A stretch of 18,530 nucleotides of DNA from Candidatus Bilamarchaeaceae archaeon (GTDB lineage Archaea; Micrarchaeota; Micrarchaeia; Anstonellales; Bilamarchaeaceae), in contig JAWCKZ010000013.1 of assembly GCA_038851325.1 (NCBI GenBank), positions 1 through 18,530 of the forward strand. Direction: 5' to 3'. The notes beneath the pieces are model-generated. The model was not told where the DNA came from. It did not search any database and saw only the letters and a list, made by a program, of their open reading frames with translations. The position numbers and the translations under genes are program-made. Shown piece by piece: positions 1 through 7,407 of the stretch (position 1 is its first letter; each line of letters opens with the position of its first letter).

Positions 1-71
1 ACTTCATCTGTTTTTCGAAGGAAAAGTATCGTTCTTATCCTTTTGTATAGCTCTTCTCCACAATTATTCAT
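1..71 (-). CDS. Possible 5' fragment of a gene running off the left edge (MNNCGEELYKRIRTILFLRKTDE...), product unknown
   Basis: ATG at 71-69 on the - strand, open to the window edge, with AT-rich divergent intergenic DNA upstream. Too short to identify. Confidence 0.3.
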   Translation of the reverse strand, partial: MNNCGEELYKRIRTILFLRKTDE

Positions 72-205
72 GTTATAATTTATGTTAAAAAGGATTAAAA
101 AGATTTGTTTAGATTGTGCGAGGTGTTGCAAATCAAAAGATTTTCTCTGGGCGGCCGTCACGCGGCAAGCTGCTACTCGTCCCTTTCTTATAAATTTGCA
201 ACGGG

Positions 206-241
206 CTCTGTTACGAGCTATGTCTCTGTTACGAGCTATGT
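206..241. repeat. Perfect 18-bp tandem duplication CTCTGTTACGAGCTATGT x2
   Basis: 206-223 is identical to 224-241, just upstream of a TATA-like element. Confidence 0.9.
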
Positions 242-245
242 GCGT

Positions 246-255
246 ATTTAAAAAT
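246..255 (+). promoter_or_regulatory. Putative TATA box (TTTAAAAA) for the ribosomal protein operon
   Basis: Archaeal TATA-like element ~110 nt upstream of the rpl3 start. Confidence 0.45.
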
Positions 256-364
256 CTTTCTTATTATACCTTTCTTAGACTTCTTGTAAAAAAGAAGCGA
301 CCCGGCGTACAGACAGGGCTCTAGCTCTAGTCTTTGCTTTGTCCGGGCTACGCAGGTGAAATGT

Positions 365-1306
365 ATGGTCGACAAGAGAAAACCTCGAAAAGGCTCAATG
401 GCTGTCAGGCCGAGAAAAAGAGCCAAGAGTCAGAACGCAAAGGTATGCTGGCTACCGTCAGAGGAAAAAAGGGTACTGGGGTTTGCAGGTTATAAGGCAG
501 GAATGACGCACGTGAGTTATATTGACCAGACAGAATCTCCAACAAAAGGGCAAGAGATAGTTAGTGCTGCAACGGTTATAGAAGTACCGCCACTCTCTGT
601 GTATGGAATTCGTTACTATGGCGATGGCGTTGTTCTACACGACGTGCTAACAGAGAACGGGGGAATGCTTAAACGCGTTGGAATACTAAAAAGAAAAGAA
701 AAAAAAGAAATCAAAATCGATGAAGTAAAAGACGTGCGACTCCTTGTTTTCGCTCAACCAGAAAGGACGAGCATAGGTAAAAAGAAGATAGAAAGGATGG
801 AGATAGGTTGCGGAGGAAAGGATGTAAAGGAAAAAATAGAACTGGCATCCTCTCTGCTCGGAAAGGAGATAAGAGCAAGCGAACTTTTTAAGCCTGGGGA
901 GTTTGTTGATGTTATCGCTGTCACAAAAGGGAAAGGCTGGCAAGGACCAGTAAAGCGATTTGGAATATCGGTTCAGAGAAGAAAGGCAACCGGAAAGAGA
1001 AGGCATGTTGGAACGCTTGGCGCATTCCATCCGCCCTATGTCTTCTTCACAGTTCCGCAGGCAGGACAAATGGGATATCATAAGAGAACAGAGCTCAATA
1101 AGATGATTCTAAAGGTCGGAACAAATCCGGATGAGATAAACCCAAAAAGCGGATTCACAAACTATGGATTTGTGAAAAATGATTATATAATAATAAAGGG
1201 TTCTGTAGGAGGACCGGTGAAGAGACTTGTAAAGATAAGAGTAGCCGTAAGAAATGCTCCTTTGAAGGAACCGCAAATAATTTCAGTTGCTACAGCAAAC
1301 AGGTGA
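365..1306 (+). CDS. rpl3: 50S ribosomal protein uL3
   Basis: Motifs PRKGSM..RPRKRA, GFAGYKAGMTH, TKGKGWQGPVKRFG and PQAGQMGYHKRTE. GGTGA Shine-Dalgarno at 355-359 favours ATG 365 over GTG 356. Confidence 0.98.
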   Translation: MVDKRKPRKGSMAVRPRKRAKSQNAKVCWLPSEEKRVLGFAGYKAGMTHVSYIDQTESPTKGQEIVSAATVIEVPPLSVYGIRYYGDGVVLHDVLTENGGMLKRVGILKRKEKKEIKIDEVKDVRLLVFAQPERTSIGKKKIERMEIGCGGKDVKEKIELASSLLGKEIRASELFKPGEFVDVIAVTKGKGWQGPVKRFGISVQRRKATGKRRHVGTLGAFHPPYVFFTVPQAGQMGYHKRTELNKMILKVGTNPDEINPKSGFTNYGFVKNDYIIIKGSVGGPVKRLVKIRVAVRNAPLKEPQIISVATANR

Positions 1307-1311
1307 GCTTT

Positions 1312-2061
1312 ATGAAGGCGAGCGTATATTCACTTGAAGGAAAAATAGTAAGAGAAATCGAATTGCCCGAAGTGTTCGAGGAAAAATTGAGACCAGACCT
1401 TATAAGACGCGCAGTTCTTAGCGAGGAAAGTAAACTTAGACAACCAAAGGGAAACTACCGCTTTGCTGGATTTGAGACAAGCGCGCGATATGTAGGAAGA
1501 AAAGATGATTTTGGGACCGTCAAGAATCGTGGAATACCGCATCTACCGCACGAGGTTCGCCCGAAGGGACAACTGGGAAAGGTAAAGCGTGTTCCGCTCG
1601 CGGTCAAGGGACATAGGGCGCACCCGCCAAAACCAGAAAAGAAAATATTCGAAGAAATGAATAAGAAAGAGTATGTAAAAGCGTTGAGGAGCGCTATTGC
1701 AATGACGGCAGCGCGGGAAGTAGTTGCTAGAAGGACATGCGGGAGAATAAGTCCTGCGCTCCCAATAATAATAGAGAGCACGTTTGAGGAATTGAAAAAA
1801 ACTAGAGATTCCTATGAGATTTTTAAGGCGCTTAATCTTGACCAGATAATAGAAAGAGCAAAAAAGAATGGCACAAAGGGTCCGCTTGTAGTGGTTTCTT
1901 CACCAGAAACAGCAAAAGGTGCGGAGAATCTTCCGGGCGTTGATGTCGTAAGCGTAGACAGACTAAAGGTTCGTCATCTTGCACCTGGCACGCATCCCGG
2001 AAGGCTAGCTATATACACAGAAAAAGCAATAGAAAAAATAGCCGAGATATTCGGCAAATAA
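1312..2061 (+). CDS. rpl4: 50S ribosomal protein uL4
   Basis: IELPEVF..RPDLIRRAV, GHRAHPPK, NLPGVDVV and LAPGTHPGRL. GGTGA at 1302-1306 precedes ATG 1312. Confidence 0.97.
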   Translation: MKASVYSLEGKIVREIELPEVFEEKLRPDLIRRAVLSEESKLRQPKGNYRFAGFETSARYVGRKDDFGTVKNRGIPHLPHEVRPKGQLGKVKRVPLAVKGHRAHPPKPEKKIFEEMNKKEYVKALRSAIAMTAAREVVARRTCGRISPALPIIIESTFEELKKTRDSYEIFKALNLDQIIERAKKNGTKGPLVVVSSPETAKGAENLPGVDVVSVDRLKVRHLAPGTHPGRLAIYTEKAIEKIAEIFGK

Positions 2062-2071
2062 AGGTGGTAAC

Positions 2072-2323
2072 ATGATAATAAAATCCCCAGTAAAAACTGA
2101 AAAGAGTCTTGCCGCGATAGAAAAGGAAAACACAATAAGGTTTGATGTATCTGAGAACGCAACAAAAAAAGAGATAGCGACAGAGGTGGAAAGAATATTT
2201 GGCGTGAAGGTACGCAGTGTGCGAACACTAATAGGACCTGATGGAAAGAAACAGGCGTTCGTTCGTTTGGAGAAGGGGTTCGCCGCAGATGAAATTGCGG
2301 CAAAGCTCAAGATGATAACATAA
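2072..2323 (+). CDS. rpl23: 50S ribosomal protein uL23
   Basis: IIKSPVKTEKS, ATKKEI..VERIFGVKV and GKKQAFVRL; expected operon position. Confidence 0.97.
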   Translation: MIIKSPVKTEKSLAAIEKENTIRFDVSENATKKEIATEVERIFGVKVRSVRTLIGPDGKKQAFVRLEKGFAADEIAAKLKMIT

Positions 2324-2339
2324 TAGTTAGGGTGCTACC

Positions 2340-3107
2340 ATGGGAAAAAGATTAAAATCACAGAGAAGAGGGCAAGCAAGGGGGCGGTATCTTGCAACCA
2401 CGCATGGAAAAACAGACCTTTCCTACAGAAATTACGACGACATAGAGAAAACAGGTGTTCTCAGAGCACACGTAACAGGGCTCATTGATGACCCGGCGCG
2501 AACAGCGCCTTTGATGGCTATTAGATATGAAAACGGAGAAACTGGATACCTCCTTGCACCAGAAGGTATAGCGATTGGCGATGTGATCGATGTTGGAGTG
2601 CAGGGAAGGCTTCTACCCGGTTCTGTTCTTCCGCTTTATAGAATACCGGATGGCACTTATGTATTTAATATAGAAAAAACACCTGGAGATGGAGGAAAGT
2701 TTGTAAAGACCGCAGGCTCTTATGCTGTTATTGTTTCGAGGGAAAAGGATGTGATCTATGTAAAGCTACCAAGTAAGAAGATAGTAATGCTTTCAGGAGA
2801 ATGCAGAGCCCAAGTCGGAGTCGTGGCTGGCGGCGGGAGACTCGAAAAGCCGCTATTAAAGGCTGGAGCTGCTTACTACAAATATAGACGCGCGCTCAAG
2901 CGTTACTGGCCTTCTAATCGCGGTGTTCACATGGCTGCATACTGCCATCCGCACGGCGGAAAGCAGCACCATGTAGGAAAGCCGACAACTGTGGGAAGAG
3001 GCGCTCCAGCTGGAGCAAAGGTTGGACACATAGCCGCAAGAGCGACTGGAAGAAAAAAAGGAAAGCAGATAAGCGAACAGAAGAGTGAGGAGGGCGCAGT
3101 TGGGTGA
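2340..3107 (+). CDS. rpl2: 50S ribosomal protein uL2
   Basis: MGKRLKSQRRG, DDPARTAP, GGGRLEKPLLKAG, HPHGG and KVGHIAARATG. Confidence 0.98.
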   Translation: MGKRLKSQRRGQARGRYLATTHGKTDLSYRNYDDIEKTGVLRAHVTGLIDDPARTAPLMAIRYENGETGYLLAPEGIAIGDVIDVGVQGRLLPGSVLPLYRIPDGTYVFNIEKTPGDGGKFVKTAGSYAVIVSREKDVIYVKLPSKKIVMLSGECRAQVGVVAGGGRLEKPLLKAGAAYYKYRRALKRYWPSNRGVHMAAYCHPHGGKQHHVGKPTTVGRGAPAGAKVGHIAARATGRKKGKQISEQKSEEGAVG

Positions 3108-3111
3108 TTGC

Positions 3112-3516
3112 ATGGCTATGATTAAAAGGGATGTGTGGAGAGGGGTAGAGGAAGAAAAACTTAGCGAAATGAGTTTAGAGGAATTTATGAAATTAACAAC
3201 GGCAAGGGAGAGAAGAACACTAAAAAGGCTCAATACCAATCCAAAATTGAAGAAGTTCATTGAGAAAGTGAGAAGAATTAAGAAGGAAAATCCAAAGAAG
3301 ATGATAAAAACTAAGATAAGAGATGCGATTATATTACCTGAATGGCTTGGACTTGTTTTTGGTGTCTATAACGGAAAAGAGTACAAGCGTGTTGACATAA
3401 CAATTCAAAAAATAGGAAAACGCCTCGGCGATTTTTCGCACACAACAAGTAGGGTTATCCACTCTGGACCAGGTGTCGGGGCCACACGTGGAAGCAAATT
3501 CGTTCCATTGAAGTGA
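3112..3516 (+). CDS. rps19: 30S ribosomal protein uS19
   Basis: IILPEWLGLVFGVYNGKEY, IGKRLGDFS and HSGPGVGATRGSKFVPLK. Start at ATG 3112 after a GGTGA that overlaps the rpl2 stop. Confidence 0.97.
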   Translation: MAMIKRDVWRGVEEEKLSEMSLEEFMKLTTARERRTLKRLNTNPKLKKFIEKVRRIKKENPKKMIKTKIRDAIILPEWLGLVFGVYNGKEYKRVDITIQKIGKRLGDFSHTTSRVIHSGPGVGATRGSKFVPLK

Positions 3517-3521
3517 TCACT

Positions 3522-3995
3522 ATGAGAGGGTATTCTGTAAGTTTTTCTCCGGAAGAATGCGCTTTTGCACGACTCGAAGGCGTGAACGCGTCCTACAAGG
3601 ATCTCGCAGAAGTTTGCGGGCGCATTAGAGGAAAAGATGCAAGCTGGGCGGCTGCCTTCTTAGAAAAAGTTGCAAAGGGAGAGCTTCCTGTACTCTATAA
3701 AGCGCACTGTAAAAAAATAGGTCATAGACGAGAGCTTGGAGGGAAAAAAGGACGATATCCAAGAAAGGCTGCAAAAATTGTCCTAAAAGTTCTGAAAAGT
3801 GCGATCTCAAACGGAATCACAAAAGGACTCGGTGAGAGCTACACGATATTATCTGCTGTCGCGAATAAAAAAGCAACCTATCCACGCGTTGCATCAAAGG
3901 GTGGCTGGATGAGATCTGATTATGAACTTGCAAGAGTTGAAATCGTTTTAAAACCATTAAAGGAGGCTCCAAAAGGTGTTGAGGTGAAATCATGA
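3522..3995 (+). CDS. rpl22: 50S ribosomal protein uL22
   Basis: SYKDLAEVCGRIRGK, KKIGHR and GRYPRKAA; expected operon position. Confidence 0.96.
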   Translation: MRGYSVSFSPEECAFARLEGVNASYKDLAEVCGRIRGKDASWAAAFLEKVAKGELPVLYKAHCKKIGHRRELGGKKGRYPRKAAKIVLKVLKSAISNGITKGLGESYTILSAVANKKATYPRVASKGGWMRSDYELARVEIVLKPLKEAPKGVEVKS

Positions 3996-4654
3996 TCCAT
4001 AAGGAAAAACTTATCGAAGAGCCGTTTGGAAAGTATCGTTTGGAAAAGTTTCTTGAAACAAAGTTTGAACGCGCAGGGCTTGCAAATATAGAAATTCAAA
4101 GAACACCCATGATGACAAGGATAACGCTCGAAGTGCAAAATCCAGCTAGGATAATAGGAAAGAAAGGAAGATTCATAAATGAACTTACTGAAGTGATAAA
4201 GAAGGAGTTTGGTATAGAAAACCCGCAGATAAGTGTTGTGGAGGTGCAAAATCCTGCACTTGAACCACGCATAATAGCAAAGCGTGCTGCGAAACACATA
4301 GAAATGGGAAAAAAGATAAGGGCTGTACTTCATTTCATGCTAAGAGAAGTAATGAAGGCAGGAGCGATGGGCGCTGAAATAGTTGCAGCAGGAAAGATAG
4401 GTGCGAAAGGCGCGCGGTCAAAACGATTGCGCGTTTCTGCTGGATATATACCAAAAGCAGGAGAACCAATGAGCCTAGTGAGAGAAGCACACATAAATGC
4501 CAACACAAAATCAGGAGTTATCGGCGTTCTCGTAAGAATAGTTCCTCCTGGAACCGTCTTCCCAGACAAGACGCCAGAGAAGATCCCACTGCCAAAAGTA
4601 ATAGAGGCTGCGTCCTCTGTTGAAGAAGAAGGTGGCGAACCAAAGGAGAAGTGA
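3992..4654 (+). CDS. rps3: 30S ribosomal protein uS3
   Basis: KH domain IIGKKGRFINEL, plus GAMGAEIV..GKI and GVIGVLVRIVPP. Confidence 0.97.
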   Translation: MIHKEKLIEEPFGKYRLEKFLETKFERAGLANIEIQRTPMMTRITLEVQNPARIIGKKGRFINELTEVIKKEFGIENPQISVVEVQNPALEPRIIAKRAAKHIEMGKKIRAVLHFMLREVMKAGAMGAEIVAAGKIGAKGARSKRLRVSAGYIPKAGEPMSLVREAHINANTKSGVIGVLVRIVPPGTVFPDKTPEKIPLPKVIEAASSVEEEGGEPKEK

Positions 4655-4658
4655 TTGC

Positions 4659-4841
4659 ATGGCAATAATAAAAAAAGACGAATTAAAGAAAATGACTAAG
4701 AAAGATGCTGAAAAGAAAATCGAGGAGCTTGAGAGAGCGCTTCTCGAAACAGAGGGCGAAGGAAAGAAAGAACGAAGAAGACTGCTTAGAAAGACCATCG
4801 CACAGTTAAAAACTATCGTAAACCTAAAAAAAAGTAAATAG
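4659..4841 (+). CDS. rpl29: 50S ribosomal protein uL29
   Basis: MAIIKKDELKKM...LRKTIAQLKT, immediately after rps3; start at ATG 4659. Confidence 0.92.
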   Translation: MAIIKKDELKKMTKKDAEKKIEELERALLETEGEGKKERRRLLRKTIAQLKTIVNLKKSK

Positions 4842-4903
4842 GAAGGGCAAAAAGAAGGTTTAAAAATTTCCGCATCTATTTTTATATGGGTGCATGAATA
4901 AAG

Positions 4904-5209
4904 ATGGGAGACATCTGTGCTAAGTGCGGAATGCCAAAAGAAATCTGCGTATGCGAAGAGCTCGCAAAACAGGAAGTCACGAAGATAAAGGTATACACTA
5001 CAAAAAAGAAGTTCAAAAAACTTGTTACAGTGATAGAAGGAATAGAAGCAAGCCAGCTCGACAGCACTGCAAAATCATTAAAGCAAAAGCTTGCCTGTGG
5101 TGGAACCGCAAAGGAAGGAATAATAGTCCTCCAAGGTGACCATAAAAAAAGAGTGCCTGAACTCCTAAAAGAGATGGGCTATCCAAGCGAAAGCATTAAG
5201 GTAGAATAG
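4904..5209 (+). CDS. sui1: Translation initiation factor aIF1 (SUI1 family)
   Basis: ICxxCGMPKEICVC zinc-like N-terminus, LKQKLACGGT and IVLQGDH. TTTAAAAA at 4859-4866 may be an internal promoter. Confidence 0.95.
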   Translation: MGDICAKCGMPKEICVCEELAKQEVTKIKVYTTKKKFKKLVTVIEGIEASQLDSTAKSLKQKLACGGTAKEGIIVLQGDHKKRVPELLKEMGYPSESIKVE

Positions 5210-5210
5210 A

Positions 5211-5528
5211 ATGAGCCGTAGAAAATCCGGCCGCCAAGCAGCGGAGGCCGTGCTCTTCTCAACGCTTATTGGTACAAAGACAGAAATTATAAACAGCACT
5301 CAATATTCCCTCGTAGGGGTTAAGGGAAAGATTGTTGATGAAACAAAGAATCTTTTTGTTATAGAGACAGAAGGTGGAAAGGAGATAAAGATACCAAAGG
5401 CGTCGTGCTTTTTTCGCTTTTTTATAAACGATAAATTTGTTGACGTTGATGGTAGACGGATTGCATTCCGTCATTATGAAAGACCAAAAAAAGTCAAAAA
5501 GAGTGCCATAATACGAAACTGCTTTTAA
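5211..5528 (+). CDS. rnp1: Ribonuclease P protein component 1 (Rpp29/Pop4)
   Basis: LIG..EII.S, GVKGKIVDETKN, IPK and VDGRRI; canonical position after SUI1. Confidence 0.92.
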   Translation: MSRRKSGRQAAEAVLFSTLIGTKTEIINSTQYSLVGVKGKIVDETKNLFVIETEGGKEIKIPKASCFFRFFINDKFVDVDGRRIAFRHYERPKKVKKSAIIRNCF

Positions 5529-5864
5529 AATTAAGAAGTGGAGATAGGATAACAGCAGGAAAGATGGAATGAGTTTGAAGTGAACCTTTAGTAACCGCGG
5601 GCTGAATGGCTCGGTTTCCCTTACCACTTACACCCCGGTTCTATCAAACGGATCTGCTATCCGCGGTTCATGCCTTCTCGTCTTGAGAGTCGCTTCGACC
5701 TTAGATGCTTTCAGGTCTTATCGACGTGGCGCGTAGCTGCCCGGCGATGCATTTCACAACCGGTAAACCAGAGGCGCCGGATCTCTGTTCCTCTCGTACT
5801 CAGAGATCCTTACTCTCAAAAGGCAACGCTTCCAGAAGATACCACCGTACTGTCTCGCGACGTA

Positions 5865-5905
5865 TTGTTCCGCTAGTCGTTCAATAAATCTGAACGCCTT
5901 CGCGT
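5865..5905 (-). other. 23S intron, 41 nt, after ~G2588 (H93, PTC)
   Basis: GUUC AG^A CGC...GCG GAAC AA^U. Splicing restores H93 as GUAC-GUC/GAC-A-GUAC. Confidence 0.9.
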
Positions 5906-5961
5906 CTGAACCCAGCTCATGTGGGACTTTAATGGATGAACAACCCAACCCTTGGTGGCTC

Positions 5962-6001
5962 TTATGCCAACGTCAGTTCCGAAAAAACGAACTGGCATCG
6001 T
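5962..6001 (-). other. 23S intron, 40 nt, after ~G2532 (H91 loop)
   Basis: GUGC AG^A CGAUG...CGUUG GCAU AA^G, with internal hairpin CAGUUC/GAACUG. Confidence 0.9.
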
Positions 6002-6056
6002 CTGCACCACCAGGATGTCCCAAGCCGACAGCGATGTACCAAACCGCGGGGTCGAT

Positions 6057-6186
6057 TTGTACCTCCAGGCCTTTGACCTATGTTTTATTATGGCAAAGGC
6101 CAGGGCTTATCCAAAAGTTCTGAGATTGAACTCAGGACCTTTTTGATAAAACTTTTTGCCATAGGAAAATATAAGCAAAAAGTTTT
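6057..6186 (-). other. 23S intron, 130 nt, after ~2477 (H89 loop), three side-by-side hairpins
   Basis: GUAC AC^A...GUAC AA^A. Splicing restores GAGAGUACAC-AUCGAC. Confidence 0.88.
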
Positions 6187-6344
6187 GTGTACTCTCACCC
6201 GCGACGAGCCTGTTACCTCCAGGGTAGCTTGTCTGACAGATAGAACCCCCATCAATAAGGTGCCTATGTTCGCTAAGCCCGACTTTCGTCTCTGCGTTCC
6301 ACGCTTTTAGGAACACAGTCAGCCCTGCATTTGTCTTTCACCCT

Positions 6345-6389
6345 TTAAGCCGCGCTCCGTTCCTTCCTAAAAACCTGACCGTTGCGCGT
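6345..6389 (-). other. 23S intron, 45 nt, near ~2323 (H85 region); weakest BHB of the set
   Basis: CUGU AG^A CGCGC...GCGCG GCUU AA^A. The central helix has only 2 of 4 pairs; boundary uncertain by about 1 nt. Confidence 0.78.
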
Positions 6390-6441
6390 CTACAGCGGAT
6401 TTCTGACCCGCCTGAGCAGAGCATTGGGCGCCCTTGTTTCC

Positions 6442-6495
6442 TTCGACCGCATTCCGCCTCTTAACCTGAAAACAAATGAACGAGTCGTCATGCGT
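6442..6495 (-). other. 23S intron, 54 nt, after ~2269 (H81 loop)
   Basis: CGAU AA^A CGCAU...AUGCG GUCG AA^G. Splicing restores CCCUCGAUAA-GGAAACAAGGG. Confidence 0.9.
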
Positions 6496-6588
6496 TTATC
6501 GAGGGCGTACCGCCCCAGCCGAACCGTCCACCTGACACTGTCCCCTTTCGGGTAAGCAATACAAAACCTATTAAGTGGTGTAACACTT

Positions 6589-6633
6589 TTCGACCAGTGT
6601 TTGAGCACGTGCCTAAAAACCCTCAAACACTGT
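6589..6633 (-). other. 23S intron, 45 nt, after ~2163 (L1 stalk)
   Basis: AGGC AA^A CAGUGUUUGAG...CUCAAACACUG GUCG AA^A, with an 11-bp perfect intron stem. Confidence 0.88.
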
Positions 6634-7144
6634 TTGCCTCCACGATCCCCGGAGAGACCGCTTCGATGGCTCCCACTTACGCTTGGTAACAGATTCCGTA
6701 TCACAATATCAGGCTGCGGTAAAGCTCCATGGAGTCTTCGTTTCCCTCTGGAAGTCGCCGGCATCTTCACCGGCCAGTGAGTTCACCAGGTCCCAGGCAG
6801 GGACAGTGGGGGAGTCGTTACGCCATTCATGCAAGCCGCCAATTAAGCGGCGAGGTATTACGCTACCTTAAGAGGGTCAGAGTTACCCCCGCTCTTTACC
6901 GGCCCTTCTTCCCGTTGAAACGGACTTTCAGGTACCGGCAGTGAGCAGGCGTCAGCCACTATACTAAGCCTCTCGACTTTGCAGTGACCTGTGTTTTTGA
7001 TAAACAGTCGCTCCCCCCTTGTTACTGAGACCTCCGCATTACTCACGCGAAGGCACCCCTTCTTCCGAAGTTACGGGGCCAACTTGCCGAGTTCCCTTGC
7101 CCGAGTTCCCCTGCCACACCTTAGCCTTCTCAGCTAGGGCACCT

Positions 7145-7407
7145 TCCAGCGAAAACTTTTGACATGTAAAAAAACAAATCTAAAGGCCCTGTTTATCTCA
7201 GGGCTTTTGATGAAACTTTTGCCCGAACCGCAGGGAACCTACGGTTCCCCTCAGTTTGAGGCTCCTCCTGATCCCCTCCCTCCTATGAGCAACCTAAGTT
7301 TTCCTCATGGTTTTTTGGGAACCTCTTAGAAAACCCAAAAGCATAAGTTCTCCTCAGGGCTTTTGATGAAACTTTTGCCCTTAGAAAACAGAAGTCAAAA
7401 GTTTCCT
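7145..7407 (-). other. 23S intron, 263 nt, after ~C1617; no credible ORF; internal 28-bp direct repeat
   Basis: CAGU AC^A GGAAACUUUUGAC...GUCAAAAGUUUUC GCUG GA^A. Splicing restores ACCAGUAC-AGGUG. Confidence 0.9.

Noticed and set aside
82..426. ORFs 82..324 (+) and 229..426 (-)
   Set aside because: They span promoter, repeat and leader DNA or lie antisense to rpl3, with no recognisable motifs.
3104..4663. Identical 13-mer GTGATTGCATGGC at the rpl2/rps19 and rps3/rpl29 junctions
   Set aside because: Explained by a stop codon overlapping the GTGAT Shine-Dalgarno plus an ATG-GC start, i.e. ordinary translational coupling.
7201..7224. Hammerhead ribozyme suggested by TGATGAAAC
   Set aside because: It lies on the non-transcribed strand and lacks CUGAUGA and a stem II before GAAAC.
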